Shown here: positions 52,315-64,000 of the stretch, piece after piece
Numbering within the stretch: the stretch's first letter is position 1
How the letters are laid out: every line of letters starts with the position of its first letter
Origin: Lingula anatina
Lineage: Eukaryota; Animalia; Brachiopoda
Assembly (NCBI GenBank): GCA_051362555.1
Contig: CM120647.1
Span: forward strand, 5,456,001 to 5,520,000
Direction of reading: 5' to 3'
Length of the DNA: 64,000 nucleotides
The notes under the pieces: model-generated
The model's database searches: none
Seen by the model: the letters and a program-made list of their open reading frames with translations, nothing else
What the model was told of the DNA's origin: nothing
Made by a program: the position numbers and the translations under genes

Positions 52315-55300
52315 AATGTAGAATACCAAAGACTGCTGATAACAGTAGCAACCACAATTAAGTATTTGTCACCAAAAAAATCTGAAATTGCTCACATTTT
52401 TTAGGTCTTTGGACTAATATCTCAGATAAAATTTTGTTTGTTTTGACAATGAGTTTAACTCAATCTCAATGGAAACAAAAGACTACTTAGGTATGTTGCC
52501 AACATTGAGTACTTTGTTCCAAACATTCATGAAATGTTTTCAGACCAAAACTGCAAAGTCAATTTTATGCAGGTTGCTAAGTACTACTTAAGTAGTCTTT
52601 TATTTAGTCCACTGAAAGTTGTAGTGAAACAGGCCCCTGTGTTTATCATACCTACTTCTATCAATACATTACCTTTTCTAACCCAGGCTGCAAAGTGATC
52701 GGGATCTGTCTTAAACTGCACAAGGCCGCTGATGCCATAGCTGACTCCATTTTGACTAAAGTCCAAGTCAGTGATCTTTGACCCCACTGGAAGTCCCTCC
52801 ACAAAGTGCATGGTCAGCACCTTCGGATATCTGGTTTATGAAAATATTTATTTTTAAAATATAAAAGTATTATCATGATAAAACAATTGGGAATATCAAA
52901 ACAGTCCCTGCTTGCAAAATATGCTAAAGAAATGGTACAAAGTTCTGAGAATTCTCCCATTTTTAAAACTTTAATCAAGTTTAAATAAGAAAAAGTTAGA
53001 ATAATATTCACCTGGGTTCAATGACTCAAATACATCATTTATTTTATATTTTTTTTAACCAATGTGCTACTGACAAAAAATTCAATTATTAACATATTAA
53101 GGTGTAGTTAAAAAAAATCACTCTAAATTTAAGAAAAAACCCTGTTCACTTCTCACTGGTAGACCTGCGCGTCTCATACCTCTCTATGTGCATGGTCCTC
53201 TTCTGACTAGCGGCGTTACACTTGAAACATGGTCGCAGGAAGCTGGCGTTCGTCATGCTGAAATCAGGGGCCACACTGGGAAATGTGGGAAGAACCTTAC
53301 TGTGCCTGGAATATTGTCATGTAAATTGTCAATAGTGAAAGAATTCAATAATAAAAGAATTCTACTTCAAGAATGGTGCAAACCATTAACTGACTTACTT
53401 TTTTTTTATTTATTAATTTATGTATAAGGTCTGAAAAAATGTTTCACTTATGACAATTCATGGCCGTTCTACATCAGATTTTAATTTGACTATAATACAT
53501 AATTATTTCAATCAACTGGCTAAGAGACACTTTACACCAGAAAGTACCTGGGGAATTTTTGTTAATTTCTTTAATAAAAACTAAAATCTCCCAAAGTCTT
53601 ACCTATCTCGCTGCTCATATCCACACACCTTGCACTGCAACAGCCAATGGTAATCCACCCTGAACAAATCCTCCATTTTGTTCTGAGTCACCAACAGCGG
53701 TAATGCAAACACCGGGCTGTCGTTACGTCCCTTCTGACACTGTAGACGAGGCTCTAACTGTTGCCAGATCAGCTCTCGTACGTCACTTAAGATGTTGATG
53801 ACTTTCATGAGTTTCTCTCTCAGACTCTCTTTCACAAGATCATCCCCCTGCTCTTGCTGCTTCTGGAAACCGCTTTTGGTCTCCGTGCCGTCTCCAAGAG
53901 AATGTCCATTTTGAATCAATTGTCCTCCTTTAGCAAGCAGTTGACTTATCATCAGCTGACAAATATGGGATTTTGTCACCTTCCCTGACCGTGAACGTTT
54001 TGTTACAGTCACTGCATTTCTGCCATCACCCTTCTCTGAGAAGATTGTGGAAGAAGTATTCTGGTTGGTTGAGTTTGTTTTCTCTCCACAAGATTGCTCC
54101 ATAATTCTCTTCATTTCCAAATTTCCAAAGCTCTGTGCTTTGCCCAGTGCAAGTTCACCCGTAGCTTCAGGATCTGCACTTTTGTGGTGAGCCACAACTT
54201 TACCGTGTGCGCCATCTTTGTTATCCCTGACATTTTCTGAGTCATTCACAGCCCTGACCACTGTCAAAGTTTGGCCAGTCGGTGCTGTGGTCACTACAGG
54301 TCCACTCACTGTCCAGCAATGTCCTCCTCCTGTTTTCACTGCAAAGTTATCATCCGGATCACTTTGTCTCTGCCTCATCCCATGAGAACCTTGAAGAACC
54401 CCACGCCCAACTTTCCTAACAATGTCAACTGCTCTGTCATACTCTTCAATAAGCTTCCACAGGCTGCCACCAGGGGACTGACAAGACAGGCTATGGCGTA
54501 TTGTCTTGTTGTGAACTATAAGGCACATTATTACGTCAAGCCAGCACAAAGCATCTTCGTTATACCACTGAGGAAATAGAATATCACCATTCTGGCATTC
54601 CGGTTCTTCTGCAAGATGAGAGTTGATTGAGCTTAATTCACAGTCTGATTTCACATTCACAGGAGAAACGTTCACCTGAGATGTAATATCACAGGATGGG
54701 AAGGAAGAATTACCATTGCATTTGTCTGGATCTCCATTTTGATTGTGGCTGAAGCTGCAGGTGTCTTTGCTGAACATTTCAGGCTCTGTTGTTGGACAAG
54801 TCAACAGTGGTTTGTGCACAACTCTCTCTGTCCTAGTGTCTGCCATGGCACCTGTAGTGTCAGTGCATAAACTAGTCCCCTTTGTGCTTTCTACGGTATT
54901 CACAACTTTGTTCACATCAGGCAAAATTGTCGTTTTGCTTGTGGTAGCTTCATCTGGGATCACAGTATTTGCCTCTGAGTTGATACCAGGCACTACCTGT
55001 TCAGGCTGAAGCATAGGAGATATCAAACCAAGTTCAGCTAGGAATTTGTCACCACTATCGCATGTCATAGCAGTAACTGGGTCATCTTTGACAGTAAATA
55101 GGCCATTTTTCACAATGGTAACTGGGTCATTTTTCCCAGTAGTAACTGTCTGCATAGAACAGCCATGTTCAATATCAGCATTTAAACTTTTAGAAGACGA
55201 TTTATCTGCTTCCAATGTTGACAAATTTTTACAGGCTGCTGTCTCACTAGTCAAAATGTCTTTGTTATCACATTTCCCCTTAACAATTGGAGAAGCACTG

Positions 55301-56247
55301 TTGTTTGTTGCTACATAAGGTCTAAAGGCAGACGTCCCTGAACTAATATTAGGCCTGAGCAAAGGTGAGCGAACAGTTTCCCCAGCGACCCCAGGCAAAA
55401 CTGACGATAAACTGGAAAGCCAAGACCGGACTTTTTCAACTGGTGTTGAATTAGGGATGTCATGGTTAAGTCTACTACTAATGCCACCTTGTGGAAGAGG
55501 CCTAGCAATTTGAAGGTCTTTCCCTCCACTGGCTCTGGATTCAAAACTGAGCTGAGCTGGAATTGAGCTTTTCCTTGAAGTGCTGCCTCCTAGAGATGAT
55601 GGACTGTCAGAGGTAGCTGTGCTTAATGTTTTGAGCTTTCTGTGCTTGGACACTGAACAAACAGACACTGTTCCACTTTCCCCCTTTTGTTTCTTCCTTT
55701 TTCTTGGGTTTGCTATTTCTGTGTACTTTCTCTCCAGGAGACTGTGAGACAGGTCAGCTCCCATAGGATAAGGACACTGGAAATAAAATTTCCAAAAAGA
55801 TTAATAATGAGCAGATAAGGCAATATGTTTGGAAAATGTTCTTATACTAAATTTTCAAAATAGTTTATCTGCTAACAAAAAGGCCATGCACTCTGCCAAA
55901 TATCACAGAAATGTGAACTGCCCCAAAGTCACATTTTCTGTCTACACACATTGCATAACTATGCTTCTATTTCATTTATTTTATTTTTCTTTTTAATTCA
56001 GATCTTAAAAATATTAAACCCCTCAAATAAATACCCAATTAAGTTACTTTATTTAAGTATAGGAAGACATGGCAGTCTAACAGATTACAGTTTACATATT
56101 AGATGCATTTATTTGAAAATGGTATGAAATGTTTAAAATTGAAGTGCTGGGACAGATTAACTTTACATACCTAGGATTAACTTATTAATAAAACTTATTT
56201 TTAATTTTGTTTTTATTTAACTGTAATGATAATCATTGTTGTAATTG

Positions 56248-56283
<36 letters not shown>

Positions 56284-56406
56284 AACATGACTTACTGCTT
56301 CATTCTGACACATCAACACTGCTTCGTCCAGATTAATCTGTAGAGGAACAAGCTTCTTGTCCAATCCTTTCTTCCTACACAGGTCACACCACTGAGTAGT
56401 GGTCAT
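46752..56406 (-). CDS. USPL1: SUMO-specific isopeptidase USPL1 (peptidase C98), 5 coding exons, ~1624 aa
   Basis: Exons 56296-56406, 53603-55776, 53180-53305, 52673-52830, 46752-49057, phase-consistent (4875 nt). N-terminal CDLCRKKG...AVLMCQNEACPYPMG motif. Catalytic Cys box QWYNEDALCWLDVIMCLIVH, then SPVFALPLL, HFVEGLP, His box DHFAAWVR, Asp box WMECDDMK and EVHIVMWE. Confidence 0.92.
49966..50145. repeat. Degenerate ~64-bp tandem repeat in a USPL1 intron
   Basis: Recurring CCCTTTGACAG.CAT....TCACAA...CAATATGA...GAACTTGA units. Confidence 0.45.
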
Positions 56407-56859
56407 TTTCTGAAATAAAAACATTTTCTAAAATAAAAACAACAATTGAGAAATATGCATATCACAGAGAGGAACTGAAAATTATTTTTACGCTGCTCAG
56501 TATATCTACTTGTAGTTTTAAAATACTAAAATGGTGTTTCACTACACTAGAGCTATTTACGAATAAGCCATAACTACCTGACCCACCGTCAGAAACATCG
56601 TGCTAAAATATCATCAGCTACTATTCCACAAGAATTGATACACTGAGACTGCTCTGGTACAAGCACATTTTGTAGAGAAATATGAACGTCGGTACAACGA
56701 CTCAACATAAGTGAATCGTTTCTACACAAAGGGCAAGGTCGACTTGTTTCAGTTTTGACACCACGTGCCGAGAGACACCGGTTGGAAAACTCAGTGCAAG
56801 CTAACGTCCCAACCATGCATCTCATACATTTAAAACCCACTCACATAAAAGCAACTTAC

Positions 56860-57311
56860 CTTGCCAATCTTTCCGTGTTTTAAAATAATTCAACATTCAT
56901 CGCTTGAAGTCACGAACGTCCTGGCGGTCGTTTGCTCGCCGGTGCACATGCCTTCCCCCGCCATGTTTGTTCGTTGTGTTTGCGATGAGCGAGGAACTCT
57001 GGGAGATTTTGCCGTATATTTATTCGATTTATTTAGAAAAGATTAATAATTATCTTCACTTAATAAAATTATGGAGTAATACTTGATTTTTAAATAAAAA
57101 TAATAAAAGCAAATTAATATTTGACTTGAGAATAAAATCCCACGCCTGCAAACGAGATCTAAAGTTCAAGGACGTTGCATGTACACAAAGTGGTAAAAAC
57201 ACGTTCAATTTTCAAATATTTGTCAATGGACAGGTGATGGTGACGCTCTAGAGTTGGTTCGTAATTTGGATTTTCAGAGAGCGAGACCTTGGATAGTGTA
57301 GGAGGGTGTAG
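56860..57311. promoter_or_regulatory. Probable bidirectional promoter with divergent non-coding first exons of USPL1 (-) and RITA1 (+)
   Basis: Minus-strand donor AAG|GTAAGT at 56854-56860. Plus-strand donor TAG|GTAAGA at 57311/57312. Matching acceptors at 56410-56411 (-) and 58488-58489 (+). Confidence 0.55.
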
Positions 57312-57429
57312 GTAAGATAGAACAAGAAAATCGTAACAATTCAGACAAAATTTAGCCCTACTGAATACGGAAGACTAACTTATAGTAACTACTGCTGTGT
57401 GCCAGTAAACTTTGGGGGGGGGGGGGGGG

Positions 57430-57572
57430 AGCACGAAAATTCATGCGTTAGCACTCCTATTGCCGATTCTGATATGTACTGTCTGTCCTAACACACATAC
57501 ACAGACACAGTTAGCACAGACAGTACATATCAGAATCGTCAATAGGAGTGCTAACGCATGAATTTTCGTGCT
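57430..57572. repeat. 143-bp fold-back (63-bp arms, 2 mismatches, 17-nt loop) between G-runs; probable mini-MITE
   Basis: Arm AGCACGAAAATTCATGCGTTAGCACTCCTATTG(C/A)CGATTCTGATATGTACTGTCTGT(C/G)CTAAC at 57430-57492 is inverted at 57510-57572. Confidence 0.88.
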
Positions 57573-58922
57573 GGGGAGGGGCCGGGGGGGGGGGGGGGAG
57601 AAATAAAAGGAAGGATGGGAGTTATTTTGATAGATAATATTTTTAGCTTTAATGCCTGAATTATTATTGCCTTCATGTTTACCCAAAGTATGGTGACTTT
57701 TATAAAATAAAGAAAGTGTTGTTGTTTGAAGTACTGGTGAGTAAAAGGAATATAAATAAACCATTTGTATAAATTCAACTGAGAGAGAGAAAAAAGAAAA
57801 TATGGTCTTTCACGAGTACAGCACAGGTTTGCTTCCAGCCATGTAGTTAATTTTAAAATTGAGCATCTCTCTTTAAAAATTTTCTGTACAACTTTGAAGA
57901 TATCCCAAAGCCATGACTTCTGCATGTACCGGTTTGTCTACATAACCTGCAGACCTAGGGTACATACCCAGAGATTTAGATAGATCTTACTAGATAGACC
58001 TAACTCCCTGGGGGTTCACGCTAAATTGCAGTCAGCCAACCGCACATGGAAGTTAATTACCCCCTCACAGCTTGTAGTAGGCGGGACTGACATTTAAGCC
58101 GGCTAAGCTGACAGTAATCTAGTGAGACTCCCCACAGGGATAGATCGTTCTAAAATCTGTGGGAATGGGGTGCTACATGTACATGGTCTGTCAGATCTTA
58201 CCTAATTCAGACAAAAAAAACTTCCTAATAAAAGTACCTGGCATCCATATTTCCTTCTTAAATGTACAGGCAGTCATGATGAAAAATAATTGAGTAAAAA
58301 ATGGAATAAACATGAATCTTAGAGCCGGGTTGGATGGAGCAATGATTTGTGAGTAGGAGGAAATTGCTTTCAAATTTTCCCAAAGAAATTCATTTTGGTG
58401 AGTAAATCATGTAAGGTGTACCTTTAAGTATACTCTTCAATGCGAAAACTACCTTAAATTCATGCATAATGGTTTGTTTCCTCTTTCAGGTCACTAAAAA
58501 GCATTGGGCTTCCAAGAAAAAGTTTTCCATACAGGTCGCTATAACAATATAACAATATAACAACTGGATTTGAAGGAGTAAAAGAAAAAAAAAGAACACG
58601 GATGTGATTGACACTGATTGCAACTTTGGCCTAAAAGTTACAGGAGCAAAGAGAAACAGTTTAGTAAAATTTCTGGGGAAGTAAGGAAATCCAAGAAAAC
58701 TGTTCATCGTGTTATTTGTGACAGTTTGAAATTGCAAGAACACCCACCACTGTACTAGACTTGTCATGAAAGTTTGTCAGCTGAAATAAGACTGGGAGTC
58801 GCAACAAAACCAAGCCATTGTGTTAGTTGAGATTAGTCACAATTTTTACAACTGCTTCTAAACTGTAGCAATCGCAATGTAGTCTTCATCAAAATCTGAC
58901 AAGTACTTTATATGTTCTCACC

Positions 58923-59531
58923 ATGAATACTTCGGACCATGCATTCGCCATTGTTGGCTCGCGGCCCAGCTCAAGTTTGAGCAGTGGTCCTCCGAGTGGA
59001 AGGAGCCGGAATCCATACCACAAGGTTTCTAATACATCCGAAGTCGATGACCTTCTTTTCAAGCCGCACAATCCCAATCCCCATGGTGACACACAGTGGA
59101 GTGACAGAGACAATCCTTTTGCCGATCGCAAAGAGAAACCATTAATATGGTCCCCGCCACCATCGCAAAGAGACAGCCCAAGTCCACAGAGGTCAGCACG
59201 GTCTGTTTCGCCAGCGGGGTCGAGATCAAGCACCCCCTTAGGTGTACGGTCAAGGAATAAGTACAGACTGGTCAAACACACGCCAACATACGTGGACGAA
59301 ATGTTGTTTGGGGAACCTCTCCCCGAACCCACGTTCCCAGCTCCGTGGGAGAAAGAGAGTCCAAAGGTCAAACCGTTATTGTTCTCTCCCACAAACTATA
59401 AAATTATGAAGGCCGATTCATCTAAATCAGATACTGGATCTCCTAAGAGACCATTGTCAGGACGACCGTTGTCAGGGAGACGGGGATCAGCAGGAGCCAC
59501 GACGACAGCGTCCAGGCCAGCATGGAGATAG
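58923..59531 (+). CDS. RITA1: RBPJ-interacting and tubulin-associated protein (RITA1 homolog), single coding exon, 202 aa
   Basis: RNKYRLVKHTPTYVDEMLFG and FPAPWEK resemble the RITA repeats (KYRPISHTPSYCDESLFG, YVDETLFG..FDPPWVEK). PhiWxP motif LIWSPPP. C-terminal RPAWR resembles the tubulin-binding KPPWK. Confidence 0.88.
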   Translation: MNTSDHAFAIVGSRPSSSLSSGPPSGRSRNPYHKVSNTSEVDDLLFKPHNPNPHGDTQWSDRDNPFADRKEKPLIWSPPPSQRDSPSPQRSARSVSPAGSRSSTPLGVRSRNKYRLVKHTPTYVDEMLFGEPLPEPTFPAPWEKESPKVKPLLFSPTNYKIMKADSSKSDTGSPKRPLSGRPLSGRRGSAGATTTASRPAWR

Positions 59532-60679
59532 ATACTAGAAGCAATTCAGTGTTGAAGAAAAAGTAAAGATCTCTCTTTTTTAATTTTGTTGTTATATATG
59601 TAGGCTCTTGTACAGTGCTTGAACAACACATTTCCTCATACTTTCAAACAGCAGAAAGAATCTACTTTTGTATTATAGGTACAAGTGATTGTATAAAGCA
59701 AGAAATGGTTTTTATTTAATAATTGCACTTTTTTAATTGTGATGTCAAAACGGTTTTATGTGATTTTTGTACATATAGAACTTCCATTGTTAATTTATAT
59801 TTATTTTTGCTTATTTGTATTTTTAAATTTCATAGGTGTTTTATATGCTTTTTTATGTTTTGCATGTTGCTATTATACTGGTGTTGGTTTGTTAAGGCAC
59901 TGCACTAGTCAGTATTGTGGTCAGTTACTCAAGGTGTCAGTGGTTCCAACAATTCTGTCACTGACCACTGTGATATTGTTATTGGTCACTTATGTTGTCA
60001 TTGTCCATGAATGTTGTTCTTGATCACAATGCTGTTGTCACTTGTCATTTTTGTTGTCACTGGTCTGTAATTGAGACATTTATTTGCTCAAACTCACCCT
60101 AGTATAAAAAGCCCTTACACTACTCCACTCTAGGTTAGGATCTTTCTACTGTTCTACTGCTTACCTTAGCAGACCCAAAATCCCTTTGCATGCCTGGCCA
60201 CAGGAAACTCAGGATATCAACCTATTTTTCTATCTCGCTTCTCAGTAATGGCGTCACCCTTTGTTCTCCCTCCTAGCTGTAACCTGGAGTCTCCGCACTC
60301 CTCACAGCTATCTAGTTTCTTTCAATCTGCCACTCAGCCTCAACTTGGAATCAAGACCCAAGACGAGCCACCCACTGATGCCGGATCACTACAATCTTCC
60401 CACTTTATCTGGATTGGAGATAGCCATTACGATCCAACACCCACAACACACTTTTACAATCCTTGTATTCGCTTCTCAATCAGCCCAAGCTGACCTAGCC
60501 AAGGACCTCCCGCTCTGTTCTCGCTACCCCTGACCAGGCCGTACACCTCCTGGCCAGCGTCAAAGTGCTCTTAGTCAAAATTGGGGCCCCAGCCGGTCTA
60601 AATACAACCGATGCCCATTTTCCTCAGTAATCTTGAGGATGTCTTCCCATTCACAACCACGAACTCTTGCCACGACTTC

Positions 60680-62433
60680 CGCTACTTCCCCAGGAAAGCT
60701 GGAGTAGACTTACTCCTTGATAGATATCGGAAGTAGGGACCTTTGAGCAGGCATCCACTGTAGCATCTCCATTGCACTCCTACTCCTCGACGTACCATAT
60801 ACGTCCTAAAAATAGAAGTAGCCCCAAAGTAGCTATTTGGAAAATGTTGTACCCACTTCTCTGCCATCTTCCTGAACCCTGTGAAACAGTGACAGTGAAT
60901 TAGTTGAACACTTTTCACTTCCCCAACCAATTGGAGAATGTTTAAAACATGTCCCCATACCATGTCAGTAGTCGAGTCGTCCTTGGTCCCTAGACAGTAC
61001 CTGGTCTTCTCTTAGTAACGTAAGAGCTCTTTCCAGCACTTCAAATTGTGCTTCCCACTGCCATGATGAGGTGGTGAAATCCACACCAATCTCAACCGGA
61101 ACAGACACCTCCGGGTTGCTGGCTGCCTGCTCAAACTTTGCCCAGCAAACTCGTGTCTTGGTTGCCAACACACCAATACCACGGCTCCCTCTGCCTGCAG
61201 GGAAGCCACCTCCTCAGCACTAGGATATGTTGCTGGGTCACAGAAGATAACAGTGGCCCTGGAAACTGTTATTTCCTTGTCACCCACCTGTCTGGCCTCA
61301 ATGACATCCTTTAACTCGCCGCAATAGGTCCTGCGCCCACGGCACTGTTAACTCCCCCTTGACTGGAGCCACCACTCTGCCTTTGTCTCTTAGCATGGGC
61401 CCATGCACCCAGCTCCTTGAGGCCACTTGTAGAAGGTTAAGAACTAACCAAGCTCAATGAACTCCCCTTGGAGTCATCCTGCCTCGCCTTGGAGATATCT
61501 TTACGGTCCTTGGCCGCTTTTCTCAAAAGTGGGCAATCCCTGACTATGTGCCTCAGTTCAGAATATCTGAAACACCTATCCTCCTCACACTTGCGAGCCA
61601 CATTCCCCACTTTCTTGCATCTGAAACACTTCTTCTCCTCATCTTTCTTGGGAACTTTAGAAGGTACTTTAGGAAGTGCTTCCCACCTTTCTGAGTCTTT
61701 GGCTTTTTTGGTAAACCCTGCTGCACTCTTAGGTCATGGTTGGTAAAAGCCCCCAGTCTTAGTTGACTTCGCTCGACTCTTTGACACCACCAATCCACTC
61801 AGGCTTGTTTTTTTAACAACCTTAGCGTACGTTAGCTTTTCCCGCAAGTCCATCTCACTACCCCAGCTGGTAAGGGTAGCCCTTTGTGTATTAACCTCCA
61901 TTGACTTAGTGGGAGTCCTTAGCACACTGTCCAATACTGACCCGACTCCCCACTCTCCTCTCGCACTGCTGCCTCCGGACTTCCTCTTACCACAGTGCTC
62001 GGAGTCACTGTATCTACCCTGTGCTCCAAAGTAGGGTCCTCTTGAAGTCTGAAATCTCGATATGTGGCTTGCCATGCCTCTCGAGTACCCTTCCCTTTTC
62101 TGGGAGTGGCAGCCCTGGCAACGTGCTCTCTTGCCCAACTGCATGCTTGAAAACCCACAGCCAACAGGCCCTTAGCACAGTCTTTGCGCCAAGCCTCCGC
62201 ACCTCTATCCCTAGAGAGTGCCACCTGTTCCAGCAACAGTGCCTCAGCATCCCCCTGCAAGGTCATTGTTCGACTGGCAACCACATTAACCAGCTCCCCG
62301 CTTGGGTGGAGCCTCTTCCCCTTGCAGGACTCTTGGACCGGCTTGATAAGGTAAAGCCACTTCTGCTCTTCCATCCAAAAAAAGAGAAGAGAAGAATTTT
62401 GAATAAGAGATAACAGTGTTAAATTTTCAGCTT
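60680..62433 (-). mobile_element. Decayed retroelement gag/ORF1-like relic
   Basis: 61533-61628 (-) reads CFRCKKVGNVARKCEEDRCFRYSELRHIVRDC, two degenerate CCHC zinc knuckles. Surrounding ORFs are fragmented and GC-richer. Ends not defined. Confidence 0.6.
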
Positions 62434-62437
62434 TTAA

Positions 62438-63609
62438 CTCATTGTCCCCTGCAGTGACTGCTGCACGATCCCCTACAGCCATTAACACCAAATCTGGCCA
62501 CCACCATGTGGTGGCGCCACTGTCAGCACTCTCCTATATCCCTGAGGAAATTCAATATGGCCTTTTTCTAGGTCTGTTGTTTTGTTTGTTCCAAATTTTC
62601 AGGGTTCTTAAGGCATGAAATTGGTATAATATGAAATTCTTTATAACTGGACATATTAAAAATATTGTTATTTATTGATTGGGGAAGATCAAGTCCGAAT
62701 TATTTGGTCTATAAAAATTGAACAATGAATATAAGTTCAACAACTGTTTATAAATATATAAAATATACATCATAATACTTCTTTAGATTATATCAACAGG
62801 TACAAAAAAAGACAAAATTCTACAAAATATAATTAAAAGATGAGCATCAGATTACAGAAAAGTATATTTATTATCTATATTATGCAGTTGTGATAAGCAT
62901 CAACTTAAAAATACTACATAAACCCTGACACGGAGACATGCCTTTAATTTGTTCTTTCCACTTAGAGTCATTGTATGTTGCATATGCATTTATATTTTCC
63001 AACAAATTGTTCAGTATTTCATCAGTAAAGAACAGTTTTTAAAGTCTAGTTCATCTTTGTCACCCGTCAGTTCATGTGTGAATCCAGGTAGTTCTCCACA
63101 GAAAAGCTCCTTGTCCACCTCCCACAGATCGTTTTCCCACTGACTTCTTCTAAAATCTTCACTAATGCTGCCTAATTCACTTTCAGACTATGTCTGTAAA
63201 GTGTTATTCAAAAGAAATATAGCTCAAATAATTGCTGTCAGACTCACTGTCACTAACAAATCCCGAAAATTCAGACACAGAGCTCTCATCAAAAATACTC
63301 TGTATTTCCTCCATATGTAGTCTCCGCAACCCTCAAAATGTTTACATTTTGTTCTATAGTACGCTCCTTTTGATTGGCCAAAAGAAAAGCAACAACCAAT
63401 CAGAAAATGAGCTATTTAAAACTTACCTATCAAAGTTTCTTTCTCATGCCGTCATATGAAGTCACTAGGCAAGGGGCCCGCCATATTGGATGCCGTCATA
63501 TGACGGCAGTCGGGAATGGGTACTATTAATATTACGACGTCAAATGACGACGCTCGGGATAGAAATAAGAAAACATTGTCGGCAAATGACGGCGGTAGGG
63601 GACAATGAG
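62438..63609 (-). mobile_element. Internally deleted piggyBac transposon with transposase N-terminal relic
   Basis: TTAA TSD at 62434-62437 and 63610-63613. 13-bp TIR CTCATTGTCCCCT. Minus-strand fragments EEIQSIFDESSVSEFSGFVSDSESDS (~63235-63315) and LFFTDEILNNLLENINAYA (62979-63035), the latter the conserved piggyBac LFFTDE..N.YA motif. Confidence 0.82.
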
Positions 63610-63939
63610 TTAAAAGCTAAACTCTTAGCTAACTTCTAACTCTTAACCTCTACTCTGCCTTAACCCTCCCCAGGGTCATGGCCCTGTAGCATCGATAGAC
63701 ATGTGCAATCCTCACACTTAAACCTCTGTATTAAGAGATTTCAGTTAAAATTGTGAGCAAAACATTTAGGTTTAAGATGGCGTGTACTCACCACATCCTT
63801 GACGCATTGGCCATTTTCTTATCGAACTTCGTTGTTGAGGATAGTTGGGACATCCAGCTGGTGTTAATTTGTACTTAGGGCATCGCAGATGCCTGTTGTG
63901 TTGGGACATACATTTGGGACCTATGGCATTTGGAGTTAA

Positions 63940-64000
63940 AGGGATAATAACTCTTCTTTTTGGCCAAATAATCAATAAATAAAGTGTAAGGAATTTAAAA
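63940..64000. mobile_element. Left end of a second Kolobok-like element (truncated by the window edge)
   Basis: TTAA followed by AGGGATAATAACTCTTCTTTTTGGCCAAA, nearly identical to 45762-45790. Confidence 0.5.

Noticed and set aside
62495-62530. TGGCGCC primer-binding-site-like motif suggesting an LTR boundary
   Set aside because: It lies inside the piggyBac TIR-bounded element, and no matching second LTR was found.
1-64000. CRISPR array, tRNA/rRNA genes or prokaryotic operon
   Set aside because: No regularly spaced repeat-spacer array or structured RNA gene recognised; the window is spliceosomal eukaryotic DNA.

Overview
AT-rich, intron-containing invertebrate animal DNA, not prokaryotic. 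The left ~29.7 kb is a tandem duplication of a minus-strand receptor gene. The complete copy (27417->14220) has 26 coding exons with GT-AG sites and consistent phases, giving 1603 aa by my exon count. It joins a full plexin-type ectodomain (signal peptide, Sema, 3 PSI, 6 IPT/TIG) and a TM helix to an intact Met/Ron-type tyrosine kinase instead of the plexin RasGAP domain. The second copy (11230->1) runs off the window. Its exon 2 is split by two tandem non-autonomous Harbinger-like elements (CAG TSD three times), one carrying a nested 669-bp TIR element with an 8-bp TSD and a RecQ-helicase motif relic (AcademH-like). To the right are a 3-exon multi-pass TspO-like membrane protein, a small 2-exon coiled-coil ORF, USPL1 (minus, with a large insertion in the catalytic domain) head-to-head with RITA1 (plus), several MITEs and hairpins, and a decayed gag-like retroelement adjoined by a deleted piggyBac element. 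All gene models and family calls were read by eye; no database search was run.
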